The translations under genes and the position numbers were made by a program. The notes beneath the pieces were generated by a model. The model was not told where the DNA came from. It searched no databases and saw only the letters and a program-made list of their open reading frames with translations. 32,000 nucleotides of DNA from Nostoc sp. PCC 7120 = FACHB-418 (GTDB lineage Bacteria; Cyanobacteriota; Cyanobacteriia; Cyanobacteriales; Nostocaceae), in assembly GCF_000009705.1 (NCBI RefSeq), contig NC_003272.1, positions 630,001-662,000 of the forward strand, read 5' to 3'. This document shows positions 9,482-17,248 of this stretch, piece after piece; the stretch's first letter is position 1, and the number at the start of each line of letters is the position of its first letter.

Positions 9482-9637
9482 TCTTTGGCTAATATGCGTC
9501 ACAATTAATACTGCCACCAAGATTCACTGATGAAACCACAACTTATTATGTCTACTATAGGCAAGGGCGGCCAGTTGTGGCACTTTGGATATTAGTGGCT
9601 AGAAGCACCTCGGAACGGGAATTAAGGAACTTCCACT

Positions 9638-11680
9638 ATGCTGATTTGCCCTCAGTGTGAATTTGAAAACCCTAATGCTAACAAGTTTTGTCAAAAATGT
9701 GGTGCTTCTTTGTCCCACAAGGTTTGTTCTCAATGCAGCACTGAAGTACCAGTGAATGCTGAAAATTGCCATAACTGTGGTGCAGAAACCGGCACAGTAT
9801 GGCGGGCGATTATCGAGACGAAGGATTGGGCTTCTGACGTAAGTGTCAGCACTTTACTGAGCGCCAACTCTGTTGATGTAGCCTCCCACAAGGAAGAGCA
9901 AACAGAATTAGGGTTTGAGGAAGATGAAGAAGAGAAGATGATGCTGTCTCCATCATTATTCTCTGTTGGCTCATATTTGGATAAAGAACAACGCTATCAG
10001 ATTTTGCAAGTGCTATCAGCCGCACATGATGAGGTTAGCCTTAGGGTTTTGGACTGTCAACCATACCAATTATCACCAATTGAAGCAATATTAGCTAATC
10101 AGCAACAGGGGTTGGTGACTCCAGCAGTGGAAGCCAATGGTATTCCCAGTTTGGCTAGGGCTTATATGGTTTTACAATCCCAAAATCACACGGAAATTCC
10201 CCAGATTCATGATGCTTGGGAGGACGGCGATAACCAGATATTACTTATTGAAGACCGTTCTCACTACCAGTCTTTGCTGGATTTATGGCAAAAGGAAACC
10301 ACTAGTTCGCTAGAAATTTTACACTGGTTTTATCAAATGACCCAACTTTGGGTATTACTAGAACCATTAAAGTGTCACTACAGTTTGTGGGATTTGGCGA
10401 ATTTGTGTTTAGATGAAGACCAGACAATTAGCTTACGAAAACTGTACGTAAAACCACCTAAAAGCGAGTTAGCGATTGACTACTTACCACTGGATTTTAA
10501 TCCTGAAACAGCACAACAAGAGGATGTAACATTGCCTATATTTGTGCAGCCCTCAAGTATTAAAGCCTTGGGAGAAGTTTGGCAGGCGCTATTTAGAGAG
10601 TCTCAACGCACTCAATTTGGTTCCATCATCCAGATTTTAGGAGATTTGCAGCAGGGTAAGATTTACTCGATCGCTCAGTTGCGATCGCGTTTACAAGAAG
10701 TCGCCACGGAACTAGAAGCAACTACGACCCCAATATTTGAGCCAATGGAAGCAGAACAAACGAATGCACCCACAGTCTTACAAGCAGATGATGTAGAAGA
10801 TCCCTCTGGCAAGGGTGATGATATGCCCACAGTAGTGCTGTCCGTGCAGTTAAGCAGTTTAGAAGATGCTGGTCGCACTGATGTTGGTCGTCAACGCCAT
10901 CACAATGAGGACTACTTTGGGATTGAAACTAAAACAGAAAAATTAGAACTGCCGAAAAACCGCATTCTACAAGCTCGTGGTTTGTATATTCTTTGTGATG
11001 GTATGGGCGGACACGCTGGCGGTGAAGTGGCTAGCGAGTTAGCCGTGATCACCTTACGCCAATACTTTCAGCAACACTGGACTGATAACCAATTACCAGC
11101 AGAAGAGATAATTCGTGAGTCAGTTTATCTGGCTAATCAAGCAATCTACGAAAAAAACCAACAAGAAGCCCGTTCTGGCGTAGGACGCATGGGTACTACT
11201 TTGGTAATGCTATTAGTTCAAGGTAGTCAAGCAGCAGTTGCCCATGTGGGTGATAGCCGCCTCTACCGTGTGACTCGTAAGCGGGGGTTGGAACAAGTGA
11301 CTGTAGATCATGAAGTTGGTCAAAGAGAAATTGATCGAGGAGTAGAAGCAAGCATCGCTTATGCCCGTCCAGATGCTTACCAACTCACCCAGGCTTTAGG
11401 CCCTCGTGATGAAACCGCCATTAATCCCAGTGTGGAGTTCTTTGATATCAATGAAGATAGCCTACTCGTTCTCGCTTCCGATGGGTTATCTGATAACGAT
11501 TTACTCGAAACTAACTGGCAAACTCACCTACTGCCATTATTAAGTTCTAGCGCTAATTTAGAGCAGGGAGTGGCAGAATTAATTGATCTGGCCAACCAAT
11601 ACAATGGTCATGACAACATTACTGCTATACTTGTCCGGGCAAAAGTACGCCCAAATCTGGGGGAAGAGACTGGGGATTAA
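9638..11680 (+). CDS. Double zinc ribbon / degenerate kinase-like (pseudokinase) domain / PP2C Ser/Thr phosphatase
   Basis: 680-aa ORF with an AAGGAA Shine-Dalgarno sequence. The N-terminus is CPQCEFENPNANKFCQKCG...CSQCSTEVPVNAENCHNCG. The middle region aligns by eye with the neighbouring kinase but lacks the G-loop, HRD and DFG motifs. The C-terminus has PP2C motifs RHHNEDYF, LCDGMGGHAGGEVAS, VAHVGDSRLY, LASDGLSD and GHDNITAILV. Confidence 0.85.
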   Translation: MLICPQCEFENPNANKFCQKCGASLSHKVCSQCSTEVPVNAENCHNCGAETGTVWRAIIETKDWASDVSVSTLLSANSVDVASHKEEQTELGFEEDEEEKMMLSPSLFSVGSYLDKEQRYQILQVLSAAHDEVSLRVLDCQPYQLSPIEAILANQQQGLVTPAVEANGIPSLARAYMVLQSQNHTEIPQIHDAWEDGDNQILLIEDRSHYQSLLDLWQKETTSSLEILHWFYQMTQLWVLLEPLKCHYSLWDLANLCLDEDQTISLRKLYVKPPKSELAIDYLPLDFNPETAQQEDVTLPIFVQPSSIKALGEVWQALFRESQRTQFGSIIQILGDLQQGKIYSIAQLRSRLQEVATELEATTTPIFEPMEAEQTNAPTVLQADDVEDPSGKGDDMPTVVLSVQLSSLEDAGRTDVGRQRHHNEDYFGIETKTEKLELPKNRILQARGLYILCDGMGGHAGGEVASELAVITLRQYFQQHWTDNQLPAEEIIRESVYLANQAIYEKNQQEARSGVGRMGTTLVMLLVQGSQAAVAHVGDSRLYRVTRKRGLEQVTVDHEVGQREIDRGVEASIAYARPDAYQLTQALGPRDETAINPSVEFFDINEDSLLVLASDGLSDNDLLETNWQTHLLPLLSSSANLEQGVAELIDLANQYNGHDNITAILVRAKVRPNLGEETGD

Positions 11681-11740
11681 ATACTAAGGGTTATGAAGAA
11701 GCAAAGAGATAGGGTACAGGGGAGAAAACATTGACCTCAT

Positions 11741-11832
11741 CCCTAATCCCAATCCCCAATCCCTAGTACCCAATCCCTAATCCCCATTACCCCTTATCCC
11801 CAGAGGGAGCCCCACCTTCCCCAATCCCCATC
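11741..11832. repeat. Degenerate STRR1-type heptamer tract, C-rich orientation (CCCTAAT / CCCCAAT / CCCTAGT ...)
   Basis: Read directly: ccctaatcccaatccccaatccctagtacccaatccctaatccccattaccccttatcccc ... ccccaatcccca. The tract ends 18 nt before the GTG start at 11851. Confidence 0.8.
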
Positions 11833-11850
11833 TCTTACACAGGTCGTATT

Positions 11851-13134
11851 GTGGTTACTTTGACACTGCTAGAACCGCAACAAAAAACACCACTCAAGCA
11901 GTGGTGCTTTGAAAACTCCTCCGTGATTCGCATCGGTCGCGCGGCGGATAATCATGTGATTTTGTCCGACAATTTGGTTTCTCGCCATCATCTGGAAATT
12001 CGGCAAGTTAGTTCCGGTGGTGGTGGTTCGTGGCAGGTGGTTAGTAAGGGGACAAATGGAACTTTCTTAAATGGCGTTTTGGTAATTCAAGATGCGCTAC
12101 CCAATAATGCCCTCCTGCAACTTGCCCAAGGGGGGCCGATTCTGCAATTCCAAGTTCAGGGGATAATACCACCAGAGTGGCAATCAATTTCTGGAAGCGA
12201 TAGTCCTTTGTCTGGAAGGGGCAGTTTGGCAGAAAAAAGCTCTCCAGAATTGTCTAACAATCCTGGTAGTTTGACTTGCACCCACGAAGGTAATTCTCCC
12301 CAGAACTTATTTTGTATCCACTGTGGACAACCACTTTCGGTAATCCAAACCATTCGCCATTACCAAGTGTTACGAACTTTGGGACAGGGAGGAATGGGAA
12401 CTACCTATTTAGCTTGGGATGCGGCTGGGGTGATTGTTGGACATCCAAAACTGTTGGTGTTGAAGCAAATGAATGCCGATATGGCGAGGATTGCTAAAGC
12501 CCAAGAACTATTTGAGAGGGAAGCCTATACTCTCAAATCCCTAGACCATCCGGGTATCCCCAGGTATTATGATTTTTTTGTAGAAGGTGGCAAAAAGTAC
12601 TTGGCGATGGAATTAGTGCATGGGCAAGATTTGGAAAAACGCATCTATGCCACGGGGCCAGTTATACCTAGCCTGGCGATCGCCTGGATGATCCAAACTT
12701 GCGATATTCTAGATTATCTCCATAGGCAAGAACAGCCACTCATCCACCGCGACATTAAACCGGCGAACCTGATGGTAAGGACAGCGAATAATCAAATAGC
12801 GGTGCTAGATTTTGGCGCAGTTAAGGAAATTGGTACTACTCCAGGCACACGCATCGGTGCAGAGGGTTACTGCGCCCCAGAACAAGAACGGGGACAGCCT
12901 TTAACCCAATCTGATTTATATGCCATAGGCCCCACAATCATCTTTCTCCTCACAGGGGAAAATCCTTTCAAGTTTTATCGCCAAAAAGGACGCGGTTTCC
13001 GCTTTGATGTGAGTAAAATTCCCACTATCACCCCTAAGTTAAGAGATGTGATTGAGCGTACCACTGAACCTTTGCCGCGCGATCGCTTTCAGTCTGCCAA
13101 GGAATTAGCTGCGGCTTTGGCGGCTTGTAAGTGA
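11851..13134 (+). CDS. FHA domain / zinc-ribbon-like / Ser/Thr protein kinase
   Basis: 427-aa ORF with a GTG start. FHA signature: [25 protein letters not shown] ... [10 protein letters not shown] Cys/His cluster follows ([17 protein letters not shown]). Hanks kinase motifs are [17 protein letters not shown] (Lys), [16 protein letters not shown] and GYCAPEQ. Confidence 0.9.
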   Translation: MVTLTLLEPQQKTPLKQWCFENSSVIRIGRAADNHVILSDNLVSRHHLEIRQVSSGGGGSWQVVSKGTNGTFLNGVLVIQDALPNNALLQLAQGGPILQFQVQGIIPPEWQSISGSDSPLSGRGSLAEKSSPELSNNPGSLTCTHEGNSPQNLFCIHCGQPLSVIQTIRHYQVLRTLGQGGMGTTYLAWDAAGVIVGHPKLLVLKQMNADMARIAKAQELFEREAYTLKSLDHPGIPRYYDFFVEGGKKYLAMELVHGQDLEKRIYATGPVIPSLAIAWMIQTCDILDYLHRQEQPLIHRDIKPANLMVRTANNQIAVLDFGAVKEIGTTPGTRIGAEGYCAPEQERGQPLTQSDLYAIGPTIIFLLTGENPFKFYRQKGRGFRFDVSKIPTITPKLRDVIERTTEPLPRDRFQSAKELAAALAACK

Positions 13135-13267
13135 GGGGATTGGGGACTGGGGATTGGGGATTGGGGATTAGGGATTGGGGATTGGGGATTAGGGATTGGG
13201 GATTGGGGATTAGGGATTGGGGATTAGGGATTGGGGATTAGGGATTGGGGATTAGGGATTGGGCATT
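13135..13267. repeat. STRR1 heptamer array, 19 tandem units, G-rich orientation (GGGGATT / AGGGATT)
   Basis: Counted unit by unit. The array starts one base after the kinase TGA stop (13132-13134). Variant units are GGGGACT at position 2, AGGGATT at positions 6, 9, 12, 14, 16 and 18, and GGGCATT at position 19. It is the reverse complement of the CCCCAAT units at 11741-11832 and 13775-13808. Confidence 0.95.
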
Positions 13268-13317
13268 TAGTAAAAGTCCTTCGTAAAATTGATTGAAGGA
13301 CTTTTGATTGGGATGAT

Positions 13318-13719
13318 ATGGGGGATAGGGGTTTTGAGTCTTTAGACTTCTATCAAGATAGTCTTAGGTTACTGAAAGCTGCTTATAGACTTGCAGATAG
13401 CTTGCCGGATTGTGAGCGTTACAATTTGAGCGATCAGTTACGTAGAGCAGCATCTAGTATCTTGCTAAACATAGCGGAAGGCTACGGGCGCTATCACTAT
13501 CTAGATAGATTGCGCTTTATGTATATTGCTCGTGGCTCATTAGCTGAGACTAAAAGCGCCTTCGTTATTGCTGAAAGCTTAGGTTATTGCAACACAGACC
13601 AACTAAACTGGGTAACTCAACTAAAAGACCAAATCGAAAAAAGTCTTAACGGTTACTGTCGCTTCATGCGTTCCCAGCAACAAGGCAAAGAAGAATTCGG
13701 AACTAGGTTCAGGGATTGA
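13318..13719 (+). CDS. Four-helix-bundle protein (23S rRNA intervening-sequence protein / Avd superfamily)
   Basis: 133-aa ORF. LDFYQDSLRLLKAAYRLADSLPDCERYNLSDQLRRAASSILLNIAEGYGRYHYLDRLRFMYIARGSLAETKSAFVIAESLGY matches the characteristic pattern of this family (F...A..L...........P..ERY.L..Q.RRA..SI..NIAEG.GR ... IA.GS..E). Confidence 0.85.
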   Translation: MGDRGFESLDFYQDSLRLLKAAYRLADSLPDCERYNLSDQLRRAASSILLNIAEGYGRYHYLDRLRFMYIARGSLAETKSAFVIAESLGYCNTDQLNWVTQLKDQIEKSLNGYCRFMRSQQQGKEEFGTRFRD

Positions 13720-13774
13720 GTATAAAAACTGAGGAGCAAATAGAAATCACTAACTAAACACAAGTAGAAATTTT

Positions 13775-13808
13775 CCCAGTCCCCAGTCCCCAATCCCCAA
13801 TCCCTAAT
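13775..13808. repeat. STRR1 heptamers, C-rich orientation (CCCAGT, CCCCAGT, CCCCAAT x2, CCCTAAT)
   Basis: Read directly. It is inverted relative to the 13135-13267 array and overlaps the stop codon (13804-13806) of the minus-strand ORF 13804..14022. Confidence 0.85.
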
Positions 13809-14022
13809 CTTCATCCCAAGATTCAACTGCGAGTAAATCGCCAATTGGGTCTTGCATCGTAAATCCAAAATCTAGCAGCTCCTGTTTCCAGTGCTGCCAG
13901 TCATTACCATAAAGCAGCGCAATCTTCCAAATGCTATCAGTCGGCTTGATAATATTCGATTCAACGAGTGATTGCACGTTACGCTGCAATTTCACCATTG
14001 GGTGAAGTACTTGCTGAGTCAT
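13804..14022 (-). CDS. Small hypothetical protein (72 aa), acidic C-terminus ending WDED
   Basis: Clean ATG-started ORF with no overlap with other credible genes. The sequence MTQQVLHPMVKLQRNVQSLVESNIIKPTDSIWKIALLYGNDWQHWKQELLDFGF... looks protein-like, and I have a vague recollection of similar ~70-aa cyanobacteria-only proteins. No function can be read from the sequence. Confidence 0.45.
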   Translation of the reverse strand: MTQQVLHPMVKLQRNVQSLVESNIIKPTDSIWKIALLYGNDWQHWKQELLDFGFTMQDPIGDLLAVESWDED

Positions 14023-14555
14023 AACTCTCGATTCAGTTAAAAATTTTGTTGGGTAAATACTTAATCAAAACTGCTTTCCATTTTGCAATTGTCACCAATC
14101 CGTAGAGTGTTGTAATTGGCAAAGCTAGTCTTAACTTTCTTACTATACCATAACAAACTCTATTAAGTTGTGGCATGATTCGGGTTTGTACGGTAATTAC
14201 ACCAACGTACTGAGATTTCATCCAGCAGACATAGGTAAAGACCAGTTAAAGATTGCTGAAACACTACAAAAAGGTAAAAACTGTATTTTCTGTACCCATT
14301 ATAATCTGTGCATTTATCAAAAAGACTATATGGCGATCGCTAATGGAAATCATTTCAACCACCATACCAGAACTTTTAGGCTGTTGGTTGTGGGTGGCGA
14401 TCGCTTTGTTAGGATAACGCTAGCACCAAGCCCATATTTTTAGATATATTTGCTTTTACGTAAAATGATAGTTGTATATAATATAGGAATCCTATTTGAT
14501 TTGTGAACAAGACCAAGAGATAATACGGAGAGGGATAAAAGTCTAATAGTAAACA

Positions 14556-15667
14556 ATGAAAAGTCAGCATTTACAAGCTACTACACTTGCGGGGGAAGTA
14601 TCGCAGCAATATTTAAAAGAGGAAACTGCACTGAATGCGATTGCTGAATTACAAGATTTTATAGATATGTGTCCAGATGCGCGTGAAGTAAGGAAAGCAT
14701 TGGCAGTCAAGCTAGTTTATCAAGGTTACTTGTATGATGAAATCCAAAAAATTTTAGACGTATCGCGAGGGTCAATCACAGGCTGGAAGCAAGCCTATGA
14801 AGAAACTGGAATTGACGGACTGCGACTAAACTACAAAGGGAGAAAGAGCTATCTGAATGCTAAACAACTCCAAGAGGTGTTGAGCTGGCTACAAACAAAA
14901 GATTGTTGGGAGCTTGGGGAACTAGAGTATCAACTAGCTTTTGAGTATGACGTAGTTTATGAGTCAAAGCAAAGCTACTACGACTTGTTCTCCGAAGCAG
15001 GAATCAGTTGGAAGAAAACCACAAAGGTAAATCCGAAAGCCGATGAGAATGCTGTTGCAGAAAAAAAAAAGAGATTGAAACATTGCTGGCAAATAACCGA
15101 GAAGAAATCGAAACAGGAAAGTTAAGAGTATTGTTAATTGATGAGTGTCATTTAATGTGGGGAGATTTAAGTGGTTATGTATGGGGAAAAAGTGACCAAG
15201 AAATCGCAGTCCCAGTTGTCAACGAGCGAGATAAGCAGACATACTATGGGGCAGTTGACTATCTCCTTGGAGAATTAGTTCTCAAAGCTTATGATGCTGG
15301 AAACTCAAAAAATACTATCAACTACCTAGAATACTTACTAGCTAACTCTCCCGACCAGCGATTACTAATTTTTTGGGATGGGGCTAGCTACCACCGTTCC
15401 AAGGAAATTAGAGGTTTCTTGGACTCTGTTAATCAAAGCTTACCAACCGAGCAATGGAAAATACACTGTGTCCGTTTTGCCCCTAATTGCCCAGTACAAA
15501 ATCCGATAGAGGATATTTGGTTACAAGCCAAAACATGGGTTAGACGTTTTTGTGCTTTAATTCCTTCATTTTCACATTTAAAGTGGATATTTGAGTGGTT
15601 TATTAGACACACTACCTTTGATTTTGACACTCTACAGATGTACGGAACTTATTCAAAAATCAAATAG
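14556..15667 (+). CDS. IS630-family transposase, orfA (HTH) fused to orfB (DDE) by a programmed -1 frameshift
   Basis: orfA is 14556..15125 and orfB is open from 15062 in the -1 frame (KKKEIETLLANNREEIETGKLRVLLIDECH). DDE-type residues occur in LLIDECHLMWGD, LIFWDGASYHRS and NPIEDIWLQAK. The orfB stop TAG lies inside the right inverted repeat. Confidence 0.85.
15061..15070 (+). other. A10 slippery run, likely -1 ribosomal (or transcriptional) frameshift site of the IS630 transposase
   Basis: Ten consecutive A residues sit at the orfA/orfB overlap. Frame 0 reads GAA AAA AAA AAG and frame -1 reads AAA AAA AAA GAG. Confidence 0.7.
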
Positions 15668-15923
15668 GATTCCTATACTAAATATTCAGTATTTTACTGA
15701 GAATATACTTAAGTATTATCATTTCTTCTTCATGTGCATTAGATAAAAGGTAGCAAATCGTTCTTGATTGAGAATGCTACTACGGGGTTAACATATCTTT
15801 ACTTTAATCCGAATTCAAGCATAAAAAATTTTTAGTTGAGATGTTAGTTTCTGTGAGGTAATGGGTAATCTCTTATTTAGGAGATTACTGTAACTAAGTA
15901 TTTACCACAGTCCGGATGCAAAC

Positions 15924-16316
15924 ATGGCTAGTTCAGGTGAAGACTACATAACTACTCGTCAAAAGCAGATTGCAAGGAAAAAAAGGATTTTAACGATAAT
16001 TTCTTTTGTGGGTTTCGTTGGTTCGTCAGTTTTTGCAATTGTTCCAGCTATTCAACGGGCGACCCAAAATCCGCAGCCAGTAACTCCAACTGTATCTGCT
16101 GAGTCTTCATTGCAAGAAGAAGCCAAGGGTTATGAATTAGTTTTACAGCGAGAACCAAATAATCAAACAGCATTGGAGAAGTTGTCTATCATCCGGTTAC
16201 GTTTGAAGGATAAAAAGGGAGCGATCGCGCTGATGGAGAAGTTAGTACAGCAGCATCCTGCTCGACAAGATTATAAAACTGTGTTGGCAGATATGAAGAA
16301 GAAAAATGTTCAGTAA
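15924..16316 (+). CDS. Small membrane-anchored TPR-like protein
   Basis: 130-aa ORF. It has one hydrophobic helix (ILTIISFVGFVGSSVFAIVPAI) followed by a helical repeat region (AKGYELVLQREPNNQTALEKLSIIRLRLKDKKGAIALMEKLVQQHP) that looks like one or two TPR units. Confidence 0.65.
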   Translation: MASSGEDYITTRQKQIARKKRILTIISFVGFVGSSVFAIVPAIQRATQNPQPVTPTVSAESSLQEEAKGYELVLQREPNNQTALEKLSIIRLRLKDKKGAIALMEKLVQQHPARQDYKTVLADMKKKNVQ

Positions 16317-16397
16317 GTAATTGCTAAGTAGTAACTATCTATGTTGAATCATCATAATGATATCTAGCTTAATTATTCAAATTAAAGGTGTAAAGAT

Positions 16398-16952
16398 ATG
16401 GGAAATGATGATAAATATGGTATCTCAGGTGTGACAACTTTTGAATATACCAAAATATTGGGATTAGAAAATATTGAATTTGGCAATAACATCATAATTG
16501 ATGATTTTGTTTTTATTTATGCTAAAAAGCCTATAAAAATAGGTAACTATGTACATATTGCATCTTTTGCTTCAATCACAGGAGGTGAAAGATTGGTTAT
16601 GGAAGATTTCACAGCCTTATCTTCAGGATCAAGAATTTTAACAGGCACAGATGACTTTAAAGAGTGGGGTTTTGGAAATTCAACTATTAGGGAAAAATAT
16701 AGAAATACAAAAAGAAAGCCAGTACATATAGGTAAGTTCTGCATAATTGGAGCAAATAGCGTAATTTTACCAGGTGTGAATGTAGGTGAAGGCGCTACGA
16801 TTGGAGCAGGTTCAGTTGTTACTAAAGACTTAGCTCCTTGGGGAATATATCTAGGAAATCGCAAAATAGGTGACAGAGATAAGTCAGGTGTGCTTAAAAA
16901 TTACAATAACTTTTTATTAGAAAATAACCCATCCAAGGAGATTTACTGTTAA
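16398..16952 (+). CDS. Left-handed beta-helix (hexapeptide repeat) sugar acetyltransferase
   Basis: 184-aa ORF with hexapeptide repeats IGNYVHIASFASI, IGKFCIIGANSVILPGVNVGEGATIGAGSVVTKD, as in LacA/WbbJ-type acetyltransferases. Confidence 0.85.
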   Translation: MGNDDKYGISGVTTFEYTKILGLENIEFGNNIIIDDFVFIYAKKPIKIGNYVHIASFASITGGERLVMEDFTALSSGSRILTGTDDFKEWGFGNSTIREKYRNTKRKPVHIGKFCIIGANSVILPGVNVGEGATIGAGSVVTKDLAPWGIYLGNRKIGDRDKSGVLKNYNNFLLENNPSKEIYC

Positions 16953-17248
16953 TTAAATTGGATATAATTTTCGCGGAATATTTTTAAGTATGCTGATACT
17001 GATTGATGTTCACGTATTTTTTTAATATCTGAAAAAACGAATAAGTATCTTCCATTCTTACCTCTCTAGTCTTTTAAACTTCTTTTCCAGTTTAGAATTC
17101 CAGATATATTATAAATTTACAAGGATTTACGCAAAATATTTTTCAAGCTTTCTTTTCTTCGTTTTGTTTGTGTTCTTTGTGGTGAATTTATTCGTTAGTT
17201 GTGTGTAATTCATTTTTACTTATATACAAAATCAAAACATTATCTCAA

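Larger units (their letters stand above)
14484..15675 (+). mobile_element. IS630-family insertion sequence, 1192 bp, apparently intact
   Basis: Terminal inverted repeats are TAGGAATCCTATTTGATTTGTGA (14484-14506) and the reverse complement of 15653-15675 (TAGGAATCCTATTTGATTTTTGA), 22/23 identical. A TA dinucleotide flanks both ends (14482-14483 and 15676-15677), as expected for the IS630/Tc1-mariner TA target duplication. Two overlapping transposase ORFs lie inside. Confidence 0.9.

Noticed and set aside
10675-12497. Short ORFs 10675..10878 (-), 12156..12353 (-) and 12312..12497 (+)
   Set aside because: They are embedded in the phosphatase and kinase genes, on the wrong strand or frame relative to clear catalytic motifs.
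13135-13267. Possible CRISPR array or telomere-like function for the heptamer array
   Set aside because: The units are 7 nt and directly abutting with no spacers, and no cas genes are present. This is a classic STRR microsatellite in a cyanobacterial chromosome, not a CRISPR array or a chromosome end.
13318-13719. Diversity-generating retroelement around the Avd-like gene
   Set aside because: There is no reverse transcriptase ORF and no template/variable repeat pair within the window.
13653-13868. 71-aa minus-strand ORF spanning the STRR1 tract
   Set aside because: It overlaps the 3' end of the four-helix-bundle gene and reads through repeat DNA, so it is a repeat-derived artefact.
14033-14443. 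ORFs 14033..14221 (-) and 14168..14443 (+)
   Set aside because: They overlap each other and have no recognisable motif or Shine-Dalgarno sequence. They are kept only as a low-interest note, not as features.
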